From contig QPMI01000049.1 in NCBI GenBank assembly GCA_004431415.1, forward strand, positions 279,245 to 343,244: a stretch of 64,000 bases of DNA. Direction: 5' to 3'. Each line of letters opens with the position of its first letter. Within the stretch, counting starts at the first letter, position 1. Made by a program: the position numbers and the translations under genes. This document shows, in pieces, positions 1-12,700 of the stretch. Source of the stretch: Cyanophora paradoxa CCMP329. Taxonomy: Eukaryota > Plantae > Glaucophyta. Below the pieces are notes generated by a model. It worked only from the letters and a program-made list of their open reading frames with translations, was not told the DNA's origin and made no database searches.

Positions 1-583
1 ACGTGCACTGATCCCCGGGCCACCCCCTCCCCACTGGGCCACCCCCACCCCCTCTTCCCCCCTCTTTAATTTCCCCCGGCGTGGGTCCCGCCGGGGCCCA
101 CGGCCAGCTGTAGCTACAGCTCAGTGACTAGTACTTCCCCGAGTCCACCCGACCTTCAATTTAAGGCTTCACAGCTCTACGGGCCACGCACTGCGGCAGG
201 GGCCAGACCCTGATCTCGAGCTCGAGCTCGAGGGCCCCTGGCCTGTTGCAATTGTGCATGCCAAATCAAACTTTTGAAATCAAGTTGCCATCATGGCATG
301 CCATGATGACCATGACCAGCTGTCCCTTGAAGGAGTTGGATCCGACGATCCCCCGGGCCCCGGGTCCCAGCCTGGCCGCCGCACTGCGGCAGTGGCCGGG
401 CCACCTGCACGGCCATGGCCACCATCATCAGCCTGACACCACGCGTACGTACGCACTGGGGCCACTGGGCCAGGCCATGGGACCTATAGCTACAAGGCTG
501 GCCCTCGGCCCGGCGGAAAACCATGGCTCCCCCACTCAGGCGAACCTCCCATATTGAGCGACCCATGGCCGGCACCTAGCTAG

Positions 584-1458
584 CACCCTCGGCTAGATAG
601 ATGACCGGTCGGAAGGGCACGTCACGTAGAACATTGATACATGTGCCGTGGTGTATCAATGCGACGTCCACTTTTGCAAAAAAAAATGGCCCTCGGCCCG
701 GCGGGTCAGCTGCCGAGTCAGTGCCGACGTCTTCTAGCGGGAGTAGACTAGAGGCTGTGGCCGGCAATTCACCAAAATAAAAAGACGTCTTCTAGGCTGT
801 TCTAGCCGCTGAGCGCTAGAATCGGCCTTGGGGAAAGGAGAGGCCCTTAGGTCTGTGCCTGTCCTGTCCGGGATTTCAAACTGCGATTCAGGGCAAAATT
901 TTTGGACCTAGGTACCCGTTTTCGACCCTGGGGAGCACGATGGCCGAGGCGGTTTTCCTATGAGAGGTCTCTAATGGGCAGTAACAGCACCTCGAAAAGC
1001 ACAGAAAAGCATTTTCCCGGAAAAAAGGAGAAAGCGCAAATCACATTGGTCGTCCGAGTCGAATTTTGAAAATTATTATTTTTAAGAGACCGCACCCCAT
1101 TCGCTAGGAAATAGTTTCCAAATTAACGGAGCGCCACGTGGCCGGCCAGCAAATTTGTATGAGTCAGAGTCGTTGTGTGCCACGAGGTGGGATTTAAATA
1201 TACTTGATGCGTTAGTTGAAAGATTATCAAAATAAACAATTTAGACAGAGCCTTATTACTGCGAATTACATTCAAATGATTCATAGCTTATTATTAACCA
1301 CCTCCAAAAAGCGCCGAAAGTCGTTTTCATTCAGCTGAGACGACCATGGCCAATGGGCCCCTCGGGGCCTGTGCTCGGTACAACTGCGGCCGATTGGGCC
1401 CCGCATCGATATCTGTACCCTTGCAGCACAATTCTGTACCCTCTCACTTGCCGAGTGG
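584..1458. mobile_element. Possible degenerate non-autonomous DNA-transposon remnant
   Basis: AT-richer noncoding block bounded by imperfect inverted ends (CCCTCGGCTAG near 586 vs CTTGCCGAGTG ending near 1458). No clean target-site duplication (TSD). Confidence 0.25.
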
Positions 1459-2649
1459 ACCCCCCTATTTCTCCTCCCTCCTCCCCCGTAACCGCGCGCG
1501 GTTGCGGGCCCCCGTTTAAAAACAAAGACCTGCCACCATCACGCCTTGAAGCCCCAAGACCCAAGGCCACTCCTGCTCCGCAGGGACTCGCTTGTTCGAA
1601 GAGCTCGAGGATCGGACTCCTCGACGAGGAGCGGCTCAGGAGCCTCGAGCTCGGAGATCGAGGCGAGAACTTTTGAAGAGGCAGCCTCAGGCAGGACGTC
1701 GCCGCGCGGTCGAGGCGGGCCGGGGCCCGGGGCCCGGGGGCCGGGGAATTAATTATAACGACTCGGCGAATTCGAATGGCTCGAGCTCGCAAATGTGGGC
1801 TTTTTTTTAGATTGCCCATTGCCCCGCGGCCGTCGACGTACTACGGTACTGTCAGTGTACGTATACGCGTTGCGCCAACTTGCGCGGCCCGGCGGCCCGC
1901 GGCCGGGCGCGGGGCGCGCCGCGGCGGCGCGCGCCGTCCAGTGTGCGGGACGCACCGATCGCGCGAATTAGCCTAGTAGAGTGGAAGGACGAGAATGCAA
2001 ATTGAGCAGTTACGTACGCGTGTACGCCGACTATACGGCGGGTTCTGACTCTAACTTCCGAAAAAAAGTTCTGAGGAGGTCATGATCAGCAAATATATAT
2101 GGGGATTTCGGGAAGGGCACCTGCGGCGGCAGTGCGGCCCCGGCGCCGCGGCGGCAGGCCCCAATTTGGCCCCCAAACTTTAGGAACTTCGCCGAGTCGG
2201 AAAAAGACAGGGGATCGGAAGTGAATTTTCCCTTCAGCTTCCGAAGTTCCCCCAGCCTGGGGCCCAGTCTCCGGGGCCCCACTGGCAGCTGCAGGCCCCC
2301 AGCTGCAGGCTGCAGCCTGCGCATACAGTACTAAGCTGAGTATGCATGCAAGCGCAGGCTCACAGGCTAGAGTCACAGCGCAGCTAGTTCAAGTTCGCAA
2401 GCTTGGCCCCAGTGGCTCAAGTTCGCCCACTGTGCACAGTCACTGACTCCTGACACTGAGCCATGTGACTCGAGTGAGTGTGCAGCCTGCGCAGCTGCGC
2501 AGCCTGCGCATGCGCGCGGCGGCGGCGCCGGCGCGGCGCCGTTTCGTGGGGCCAAACGGCCGCGGCCGCGGCCGCACCGGGTACCGAGTACTACCGACCG
2601 GGCCGCTGGCCCGCGCTGGGTCAGCTCACATCGATATTACGACGATATA

Positions 2650-2867
2650 CCGTAAAACACTTAAGTAATGCGCCGGTAAGTAATGCGTTTTTGGACCCGG
2701 ACCCCCAGTACGGTTAATTATGCGCCCCCGAATTAATGCGTTTTGTGTCTTCTGGCAGCGATATTAATGCGCCCCCAAATTAATGCGTTTTGTCAGCGGA
2801 AAACGCATTATTTCGGGACCGCATTACTTATATAATTAAGTGCCCGCATTACTTAAGTGTTTTACGG
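2650..2867. mobile_element. MITE-A (Tc1/mariner/pogo-type, TA TSD)
   Basis: Perfect 23-bp terminal inverted repeat (TIR) CCGTAAAACACTTAAGTAATGCG / CGCATTACTTAAGTGTTTTACGG, flanked by TA on both sides. Internal TAATGCG repeats. No ORF. Confidence 0.92.
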
Positions 2868-3057
2868 TATCATATATACCTATGCAGCGGTGCCACCGTG
2901 CCAGCGGCTATGCTAGCCTAGTAGACATTGCTAGTATACTAGTACCGTAGTACTACGGTAGTAGAGTCTAAGTAGACTACTAGCCTAGTAGTAGTAGCTA
3001 TAGTACTAGTACGTCGTCAATGACTCGTCAATGAGTCGTCATCATCGCGAGCTCGAG

Positions 3058-3261
3058 CACAGCTCGTTTTTTTTACCGGTCGACCCGACAGTGGGGCCGA
3101 CACGGCCAAATATCCGGTTTCGTTAAATTCCCCTCGGGTTTTCGCAATTCGGAATTCCCCGGCTTTAGGCTTTAGCTAGTGCAATCTACCCGGTAGCATG
3201 CCGGCTACCCTTGCCCATACAACGGGCATGTCGAGTCGATTAGGAAAAACAACGAGCTGTG
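3058..3261. mobile_element. MITE-D with CAC...GTG ends and 2-bp TSD (CMC/CACTA-like non-autonomous element)
   Basis: TIR CACAGCTCGTTTTTTT / AAAAACAACGAGCTGTG with one mismatch. AG dinucleotide lies immediately outside both ends. Confidence 0.8.
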
Positions 3262-3698
3262 AGCTAGCTATAGAGTTTCCAACTGTCCAAAGTTTCCATT
3301 GTATGTGAATGGCCTGGCCAGCATGCATACCCCGGTCCCCGGGCCCCGGGGCCGGGCCCGGGGGGCCCCGGGCCGGCCGCCGAGTCGGCGCCGACCCGGC
3401 GCCGGCCGCGCCGCCCGCTGCAGCTGCCAGCTGGGGCCGCCGGCGCCCGGCGCCCGCCGCCCGGCGCCCGCCCGGGGGCCCGGCCGGGCCGCGCCCCGGG
3501 GCCCTGACCGTGCCGGCGCCCGAAAAGGCCCCGATTCCCCCGGGGGGCCCGAATCGCGAATCCCCGACGGCGCCCGATCGCGAATCGGGATTCGCGAATC
3601 GCGATTCGCGATTCGCGATCGCAACTTCAAAGGCTTAAGCTTCGCAAGCGGCCGCGCTCTAGATCTATATATAGTATCGGTATATCGCGGCGTACGTA

Positions 3699-4197
3699 CT
3701 GTAAACGTAGAAATTTTCGTCGAGACTTGATTTCGACAAAACCTGAAAATCGTGACGAAAATATGATTCGACAGCATCATATTTTCGTCAGCCCCGCGAA
3801 TCCTCCATTGACGTGTTACATGTACAAAATTTCAGTTCAAGATTATCAAATACCGTGTGGCACTATAATACCGCGCCCACTTAATTACCGCGGTACCAAA
3901 TTACCGCGTCGAGAATTTGGTAAAACGCGGTAATTTGGTACCGCGGTAATTCGCTGCTGAGACGTCCCCCCATACAGTACCCCCCCGAATAACCGCCCCA
4001 TACAAGCCTCAAGTTTTTTAAAACGCGGTGATTTGGTACCGCGGTATTTTGGCCACCCTCGGGCCGGAGTTTCTAACGCGGTAATTTATGCCGCGGTAAT
4101 TTAGTGCCACACGGTATTCGTCAAAGCGCTAGCGCTGGTCTGACGAATATAGACGAAATAAAGACGCTGTCGAAGCTTAAGATTCCTACGTTTACAG
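3699..4197. mobile_element. MITE-C (TA TSD) carrying a nested MITE-B
   Basis: TIR CTGTAAACGTAG(A/G)AAT(T/C)TT at both ends with TA flanks. Interrupted by MITE-B at 3853-4114. Confidence 0.85.
3853..4114 (+). mobile_element. MITE-B copy 1 (nested in MITE-C)
   Basis: TIR CCGTGTGGCACTA / TAGTGCCACACGG with TA TSD. Internal TTACCGCGGTA-type repeats. Confidence 0.92.
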
Positions 4198-4254
4198 TAC
4201 GTACTACCACTGTCTACCAGGTACGCGTACGGTGCGGCGTACCGCGGCGTACTA

Positions 4255-4516
4255 CCGTGTGGCACTAAATTACCGCGGCATAAATTACCGCGGTAAAAAC
4301 TCCGGCCCGAGGGTGGCCAAAATACCGCGGTACCAAATTACCGCGTTTTAAAAAACTTGAGGCTTGTATGGGGAGGTAATTGTGGGGGGTACTGTATGGA
4401 GCGAATTGGCTGCAGCATATTACCGCGGTACCAAATTACCGCGTTTTAACAAATTCTCGGCGCGGTAATTTGGTACCGCGGTAATTAAGTGGGCGCGGTA
4501 TTATAGTGCCACACGG
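4255..4516 (-). mobile_element. MITE-B copy 2 (inverted relative to copy 1)
   Basis: Same TIR and TA TSD. The reverse complement is highly similar to 3853-4114, with a diverged central patch. Confidence 0.92.
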
Positions 4517-5196
4517 TACGGTACGCCCGGCGGCCGTAGGCCCGTAGTACGGTACCAGCGTTACGGCGGCGGCGTACCGCGGTCCGCGGCCGCTACCGCC
4601 GGGCCGGCGCCGGCGCCGGGCCGGCGCCGGCGGTACCAATTAATTGCAACGTTAAAACGGCCGTACCGGTTAATTACTGGCCAGTATAACGATCGCGAAC
4701 TCTGCGGAGTCTGCGACTCTGCGCGCAATTTAGATATCGATTGCAAGCTGGCGTACCGTAGTACGCATTGCTGTTACTAATTATAAGTTGACCGTCGGAC
4801 CGGACTCGGACGTTCAAACGTGATCCGCCGCCGGACCGCCGGGGCCCGGCCCGCCCGGGGCGCCGGGGGCGGTCACCGGTGCTTCGCCGAGCTCGACTCC
4901 GAGTCGACGACTCGACGTCGAAGACTGTCGAAGCCCGGGCGGCCGCATGCGCGCAGCGCAGCACAGCCGACTCGGCGAGCTCGAGGCCGCATGCGCGCAG
5001 CGCAGCGCAGCGCAGCAGCAGATGTGTACGTGTCCCAGCCTCAGGACCTGCAGCCGGCAGCCGTCCAGCGCTGTCAGGCCACGCACGGCGCGGGCGCGCG
5101 CCGCTCTAAATCGTAGGACGAAGCTGCAATTGTAGATCATTTGCAGCGCCCCCCGAGGCCTCCGGCCCGCCCCCCGTCCCCCGCCCCCGCCCCAGA

Positions 5197-8100
5197 ATGG
5201 CCCTCGAGCCTGCGGCGGTCGCTGGCTTCGCGGGGCTCGCGGCCGAGGCGTGGGCGGGGGGCGCTGCGCCCAAGGAGCCCGCCGCCTCTGACATGGAGAT
5301 CGCGCGCCTTGAGCTGGCGGCGCTCTCGACGGCTCCCCGCAGCATCGCCTACTCGCACCCGGCGATCGACCCGGCCCCGAGCGGCAGCCCCAGCGCGCGG
5401 CCCCGCCGCGGCACGCGCGCTGGCTCGCCCGGCCCCTCCCCCGCCGCGCACTCGGCCCCGCAGCCGCGCCTCTCCATCCGCGCGTCGTTCCGGGCCCGCC
5501 CCGAGGGCCCCGGGCTGTCCGCCGCACTCCCCTTCCTCCCCTCCGCCCTCCTCTCCTCGCTGCCCGGCCTCGCCCAGCTCGCCAGGGCCGCCCAGGGCGA
5601 GCGCGCCACCTCCGCCGCCTTCGAGGGCGCCGTCCTCCTCGTCGACGTGAGCCGTACCCCCCCTCTCCTCCCCCCCCTCGCAAGGGGTCCCCTCTCTCAC
5701 TCACTCCGCCGCCCTGGCGGGATACCCAGGTGAAGAACTTCTCCTCCCTGGCCCGGTCCCTCGTCTCGGCCCCAGACCGGGTACCCCGCTTCCTGCCCCT
5801 CTCCCGCACACGTACATGTACCCCTCCTCTGAGCTTGAGTGCGCAGCTGACGGCGACGCTGAGGCGTTACTTTTCCATACTCGTCGCCTGCTTCCACGTC
5901 CACGGCGCCGAGGCGGGCCCCGCACTTTCAGATCAGATCAGATCAGATCGGATCAGATCTGACCTGACCTGATCTGATCGCGCAGGTGTTGCAGTACGGA
6001 GGGGACGCCGTCCTGGCGTTTGTGCCCTGCCGCGCGGGGCGGCCCCTCGGGGCCGCCGCCGCCGCCGCCGTCCGCGCCGCCATCGAAGTCCGCGCCATCG
6101 CGTTCGAATCCGACGGGTTCCGTTTGGAGGCCCACCAGGGCATCGGTACGCCTTCCCAAAAAATTCAAACCGACTCTACCGGTACCCCCCGAGCGTCTCT
6201 TGTTCGCAGGCGTGGGGCAGGTGGACCAGTACCTCCTCCTAGCAGCCTCGGGCAAGGCGGCCACGCTCGTGTACGCCGGCGACGCCGTCGCGCAGGGTGC
6301 AGTACCCCCCTGAGACCGACCGCCCCCCCCCCCAAAAAAACCGCCTCTCACCGGTACTCCGCGCCGCCGCAGCGTGCGAGGCGCAGGCGCTCTCCCGGGG
6401 TACCGAGGTCCTCCTGTCCCCGGAGGCCTCTACCCTCGTCCAGGGGATCTTCCCCGTCGAGCCGGTGTACCCCCAAGAGAGGCCGGATGGCTTCGCGGGG
6501 GCGGCCGCCCCGCCGGCGCGGACCGCGCATCGGCTGGATCCCGCCGCTTTCCAGGGCGCCGCCTCAGGCTCTTGGGTGCGGGAGCTCGAGCTTGAGCTTG
6601 ATCATGAACTCAGGATCGCCGTTTTCTCTCCCGCGCCGATCTGATTGTTCGAATTCGCAGGCCGCCCGTCGCTCTAGATCTGGCTCGGGGAAGATGCCTC
6701 TCACCCTCACGAACCCTTGCTCGTGCGGGACGCCCCTTCCCGCCGGGGAGCGCCCCCCGGCGGCCCGCTTCCCCGCCCTCGTCCCCTACTCCGACGTGCT
6801 CCTCGCTCTCGCCCCGGGTACGTATACGTGCGCGCGCGCGCGCGCGCGACCCCGCGGCCGTTCCTTCGCTCTTCGCTCTGGATCGATTCGGAGCCGTCCA
6901 GGAGCGGCGGCGTGGGGTACAGCCGATGTGGGGGCCGTTCGTCCGGCCTTTGTCGTCTTCGGTACGGCCCGCGCCGCCCCGCGCTCGCCCCTCACTGACG
7001 CAGCGGGTCACACGCGCGCGCGCGCGCGCTCGGCAGCCGCCTTCCCGTGAGTCCCGCCCCCCCCTCCCCCACCGCACTTCGTTCGCCCTGGAACCCGCTT
7101 CGTTCGCAGGGAGCTGGACCTCTCGCGGCTCCAGCGGCTGGCCCAGCGGCTCGGCGGCTCGGGCTCCGACGGGGCCCTCGAGCGGAAGCAGGCCACCGCC
7201 CGCCACGCCGCCCGCTTTGGGCAGGCGCGCGCGCCCCGCTAAGATTCGATCCTTGGAGATTCGAATTCGAGCTAATTTTGATTTGCCCCGCGCGGATTCG
7301 AGCGCAGGTCGCGAGGGCGGTCCACCGCCTCGCCGCCGAGTGGGGCGGCCACTGCAACAAGGCGAGACTAGATCTCCAAGATTCGATCCGATTCGATCCG
7401 GATTTGATCCGAGGCGTCGTCCCTCAGGTCTTCGCTGACGAGAAGGGAGCGTCCGCGCTCCTGGGCTTTGGGGTCGCCGGCTCGAGCCACGAGGACGGTG
7501 CGGGGATGCCGCCCGCGCATGCGCATGCGCAGCGAGACGGGAGCCTCAGAATATCTGAGATCTAGAGGGCGTGCCGTGCGCGGGGTACAGACGCGGAGCG
7601 CGCGGTGCGGGCCGCGCTGGCGCTGCAGCACTGGTTCGCCGAGGGGCGCGCCCCCTTCGCCTGCGGCGTGCGTACCCCCCTCTTTGATTAATTTTTCTCG
7701 GGCCTCTCCGCCGAGCCCCTGCTTCGTTCGCAGGTGGCGGGGGGTAGGGTCTTCGCGGGCGCTCTCGGCTCCGAGTGCCGCCAGGAGTTCGGCATGATCG
7801 GCGACGCGGTACCCCCGCCTCGTCTTCCCCCCCCCTTATCTTACGCTTCGCCCGCGCCGGGTACCCCCCAGGTGATCCTGGCGTCTCGTCTGATGTGCGC
7901 GGCTCGGGGCGAGGAGGAAGCCGGCAAGGCCACGGTTCGCTCCAACGCGCGGGGACGGACGGCTATAAATAGGCTAGGGGGGAGGGGGGGGGGTTTCAGC
8001 CACCTCCCGCGGAGGCGGCTCGCACGCTCGTAAGCCTGCAACTCAGAGGGGATATGCGCTGCCGTGTCTAGATCTGCCCGCGGCCTCCCCCAGAGCGGAA

Positions 8101-9666
8101 CCCGCCGCACAGCTACGCCTAGCCTGAAACGAAGACGTCTGGTTTGATGTTTATCGCTGCGGCGCGGCCGGGCGGGCAGGCGGCGCAGCGGACGCTGTGC
8201 GATGAGGCCGTCCGCGAGGCGGTCCTCTCCCTCGCCGCCTCCCGCGGTCCGTCCCGCCCCGCCCCGCCCCGCCCCGCCCCCCCCTCAAAATTCCGCCCCG
8301 CCCCGGCACGGACTCTCTACTGAGATCTAGAGCTGTTCCTCGAGAGAGGCCCGCCCCGAACCCTCGAGCTTAAGTTTGAGGCGCCATATCTGAAACTAAG
8401 CAACATTTAAAACATTTAATTGAGCTCAGCACTCCGCCCCGCTCGGACTCTCTCCTGAGAGTCCGTGAGAGGGCGTGCCGGTTTTCGCTCTGATTCGCCG
8501 CGCGCCGGCGCGCCCTCCGCAGGGCGGCGGCCGACGGTCGCCTTCGACGCGCTGGCGCCCGTCACGTGCAAGGGCTTCCCCCACCCCCTCCACGTGCGCG
8601 CGCCCGCTCACCCGAGCCCCGCCCGCTATGTTTGGCTTCGTTCGCAACCCGCGGTCGCCCGGCCGGCGGCCGCGGCCCGCCTCTCTGATCGCGGGCCGGG
8701 CGGGGGTACCGGTAGGTCTTTTGCCCGCGGGAGCGGGGCGAGGGCGAGGGGGCGACGGCTTCGGAGGCGGACACGGCGAGCGACTCGGGCGCCGGCACGG
8801 GCCCCCGCCCCCCTCGGGCGCCGGCGCAGGCCGCCTCGGCCGCCTCTCCCGATCCGGACCGCGAGGCGCCGCGCACGCCAAAGACTCCCAAGACGCCGCG
8901 CTCGCCCTTGGGCGCGGGGGCGGCCGGCGCCGGCCGCGACTGCGACCCCGCGCCGCCTTCTCCGCCTCCGTGTCGGCCAAGGGCGGCTGCTTCGGGTTCA
9001 GGTTCAGCTTCCGCCGGCTGGGCCTGCACGCTCCCGCCCTCGTCGGCGCGCCCGGCCCCGTCTCATTGTCGAAGCTCCTCATCGATTCGCTTTCTAAGTA
9101 GCCTCGCAGGGCGGCGGGACGAGGTGGCGGCGGCGCGGCGGGCGCTGGCGGGCGCCGCGGCGGCGCGGCGCGGCCTCACGGTGGTCGTCGAGGCAGAGGC
9201 CGGGCTCGGTCCGCGCCCGGCCCCACCCGGCGGCCGCCCCTATAATAACTTCCTGTTTGAATTCACGGCTTGAACTGACTGACACGGCCTGATCCCTCCG
9301 CCGGCTTCGAATTCGATCCGCGGCAGGCAAGACCGCTCTGCTACAGGCGCGCCCGGCCCGGACCAACTCCCGCGCCCCGCGCCCCTCGCCGATCGCGACT
9401 GTCTGACCGGCGGCGCCGCCCGCCCGCCCGCCCGGCGCGCGCAGGAGGTGCAGCGGGAGTGCTTCCAGCGGGGGGTCACAGTCCTGCGCACCGCAGCCGA
9501 GGCGACCGAGGTAGGAACAAAACGAAACACGATTGCTGCTCGGCTCTGGATCTAGATCTGTCGGACCGTTAACGCGGAGGATCGATGTCGCACTCGCTCT
9601 AGATCCGAGCTCTAGATCTTAAGGCCTCGCCCCGCGCGCTTCCTCCTGGGTCCGACGGTCCCCGCG

Positions 9667-9704
<38 letters not shown>

Positions 9705-12700
9705 CCTGCACTAGGTATTCCTGGTCGCGCCTCGAATTCCTCCCAATCGATTTCCGGTGCGCAGGAGGCGACGCCGTTCTGGGCGCTGCGCCGCCTCGTC
9801 CGCTCCATCGCCGACGCCTCCAGGTGCCGCCCCGCCCCCCTTCTTTTCAGCTTGCTCTCAGCCGGACCGCCCCTTCCCCTCTTCTCCCCTGCAGCCGGGA
9901 CGCGTTCTGCGGGCGGCTGGAGGGGCGCGGACTGCTCTCCCGCGACGACGCCTCCGAGCTCTGGTCCGGTCTCTTTGACGAGGTGCGCCCCGATCCGAGC
10001 GCGGCGGTTCTCTGGTCTATAATTAGCCATGGGAAGGGTGTGCGAGTGGACGGATTGGATTAGAACGCGGGTGCTAGAGCTGGGACGGGTCCTAGAATTA
10101 GAATCAGCTGATTCAAATTAGAATTAGATTGGATTGAAATGCGGAGGGGGGCCTGGATCGGCCCTGCATCGGGGAGGAAAGTCCCCCACCCGGCCCAGCC
10201 TGCCCCGCGCCGGCCCGGCCGCGGCCGTCGGTCCGGTCGTGAACGCCGGGCGCGTCCCGCCGCGCAGGCGAAGAGCACTGCGGACTCTGAATCGGCGACC
10301 GACGCCGACGCCGCCGACGGCCGCGGCCGCGAGGTGCGTCGTCGCTCCGCGGGCGCCCCTCCGTGCGGAAGGAAGCTTAAGGAAGGGGTTCGATCGGCCT
10401 CGCCTCGTACCTGGCCTCGTACCTGCGTGCGCCAGCCGCCCGGGACGGTTAGAGTTGATAAAGGACACCCAGTGCAAGCAAGTCTTCGCGCCTCGAGGTC
10501 GAAAGATAGAAGGCCGCCGCTCCGCCCAGGAGCCCGCCTCGCGCTACGCGTCCTCAGTGACCGCCACCCCCCATAAGGCCCTCAACCCTTATCTCCGCCG
10601 CTCCGCGCGGAAGGAAGGAAGGGGTTCGATCGGCCTCGCGCAGCCCCAGCCGCGGCCGCAGTTGCCTCGAGCTCCGCCTACGGAGGAGGACGACGAGCCC
10701 GACCTGCCCGGCGGGCGCTTTGAGTTCGGCCGCCGCGGCAGCTACGAGGGCCGGCCCCGCCGCCTCTCCGCCTCCAGGCACTCCCTCCCCCCCTCCCCCC
10801 TTCACCTCCCCCCCCGTCTTACCCCGTACCCCCAGCTCGGCGTCGCACGAGAGCGGGGTGCTGGCCCCCGTCACGCGCATCCTCGGGCAGCTCGTGCGCC
10901 TCTCATTCGATCGATCCCGATCGCAATCGCGTTCGATCCCGAAAACGGCGACGCCGGCAGGTCCGAGCGCTCGAGGCGGAGCGGGCCCACGCGCCCGTCG
11001 GGGACCCGGACCCGCCGGAGGGCCGCGAGGGCCGCCCGCGCTCCCTCGAGCTCTGCCCCCCCGCCGCCGTGCGCCGTACCCCCCTCTGAGCCCCCCCGTC
11101 TTCGAATTTGACTGAGGCGCGCGGGCTGCGAACGAAGGTCGCCGTCTTCTGCGAGGACGTCCAGTGGGTACGCCGATGTTTCGTTTTTGTCTCTACCCCC
11201 GGCCCCGTTCCCGGATGCGAAGCGAACGGACTGCGTTCCTGGCCAGCTCGACCCGTCCTCCTGGTTCGTCCTGCGGCAACTTCGCGACGCGTGCCCCCGC
11301 CTCGTGGTGCCGTACCCCACTTTGCACCTCTCTTTTCATCCGCTCTCCCAGTTCGCTTTTCTCACGAAGCTCTACCCCCAGCTGGTCTTCTCGCTCCGCA
11401 TCCAGCCCGAGCGGGAGCCTCCCGTGCACGTCCTCGTCTTGCTGGGGTACATCGCCGAGGTGCGCTGACCCCCCCCCCTCAACCCCCTCCTCCCCCCCCC
11501 TCTTCTCCCCTCCCCGCCCCTTCTGATCGGTGCAGGCGTCCTCGCCCCTGGACGCGGCCGGGGCCGACCACGACGTCGACGTGAGCCCCGCTTGGCTCAG
11601 CTCATCTGAGCTCATCTGAACCCGAGCAGGCCCCGGACTCCGGGCGTACGGGGGTGCAAACGTCGCCGCGCGATCCGGGGGCCGCCTCGGCGCAGGGGGT
11701 ATCGGGATCTTTCCTGCAGCTGGTCTCGGACGTCACGCCGCCCCCCACGAACCCGTTCACCAGCCCGACTCTGGGGGCGGCCCCCGCGCCGGACCACGGC
11801 CACCACCGCCCCGGCTCGCTCGCCCACATGCCCTCTCTGGATCTTGGGAGCGGCCGCGGCCGGCGGGCGGGGCCGGGCGGATCGGCCCCGCTCGTCCGGC
11901 TGGGCACCGACCCCCGGCGCCCCTTCGACGTACTCCACGTCCGCCTGGGGCCCCTGTCCCCCGCCGACTCGCTCGAGCTCCTCACGGTACCCCCCTCCTC
12001 TCATTCCCCCCCTCCCCCCCTTGACCTTCTTGAACCGACGCCGACGCTCGTCCCGGCAGAGCGTATCGAGCCGCGCCATGATCCAATGGAAGCAGGTCCG
12101 CGCGACCGGCCCCCCGGGGGGCCCAGCCCTCCGGAGTGTTCCGCGGCCGATCGGTCCTTTCCCCCCTCTCGTTCCCCCCCCCCCCCCCCCCCCCCCGCAG
12201 AGCGACGTGGACGTGGTGCTACAGAAGGCGGGCGGCGTACCCCTCTTCCTCGTCGAGATCGTCCGCGCCGCCTCCCAGGTGGGACCCGGCCCCCGGCCGC
12301 CGCTTCGAATCCAGGGCCGACCGGCCGGCTGATCTCGCGGCAGGCGGCTGGCGGGGGGCGGACGCGGCGCTCGAGCTCGATCCGGGCCTCCGTCGACGCC
12401 GACGTGCTCGTCCCCGACACGGTACCCCCCCTTCCCTCCCCCCCCTCCCCCCCCGCCGACGTTTGCCGGGGTACGTGTACAGGTCCAGCAGCTCCACCTG
12501 GCCAACTTCGACCGCCTTTCGCCCGGCGCCCAGCAGGTGCCCGTCCAGCCGGGGTGGGGGATGGGGGCGGGAGTCGGGAAGGGATGGATGCGCGTGGGCC
12601 GGGTTGCGCGCGGGCGGGCGCCGGCGGTCGCGCGCGGGGCCCACTGCCCAAGTTTTCAAGCTCCTCCTCCGCTCACTCTCCCGGCTCGCACTCCCGGGCG

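Noticed and set aside
9666-9703. Long poly-C/poly-G tracts as special elements
   Set aside because: They are common intronic homopolymers throughout the host region, and their lengths are unreliable in assemblies.
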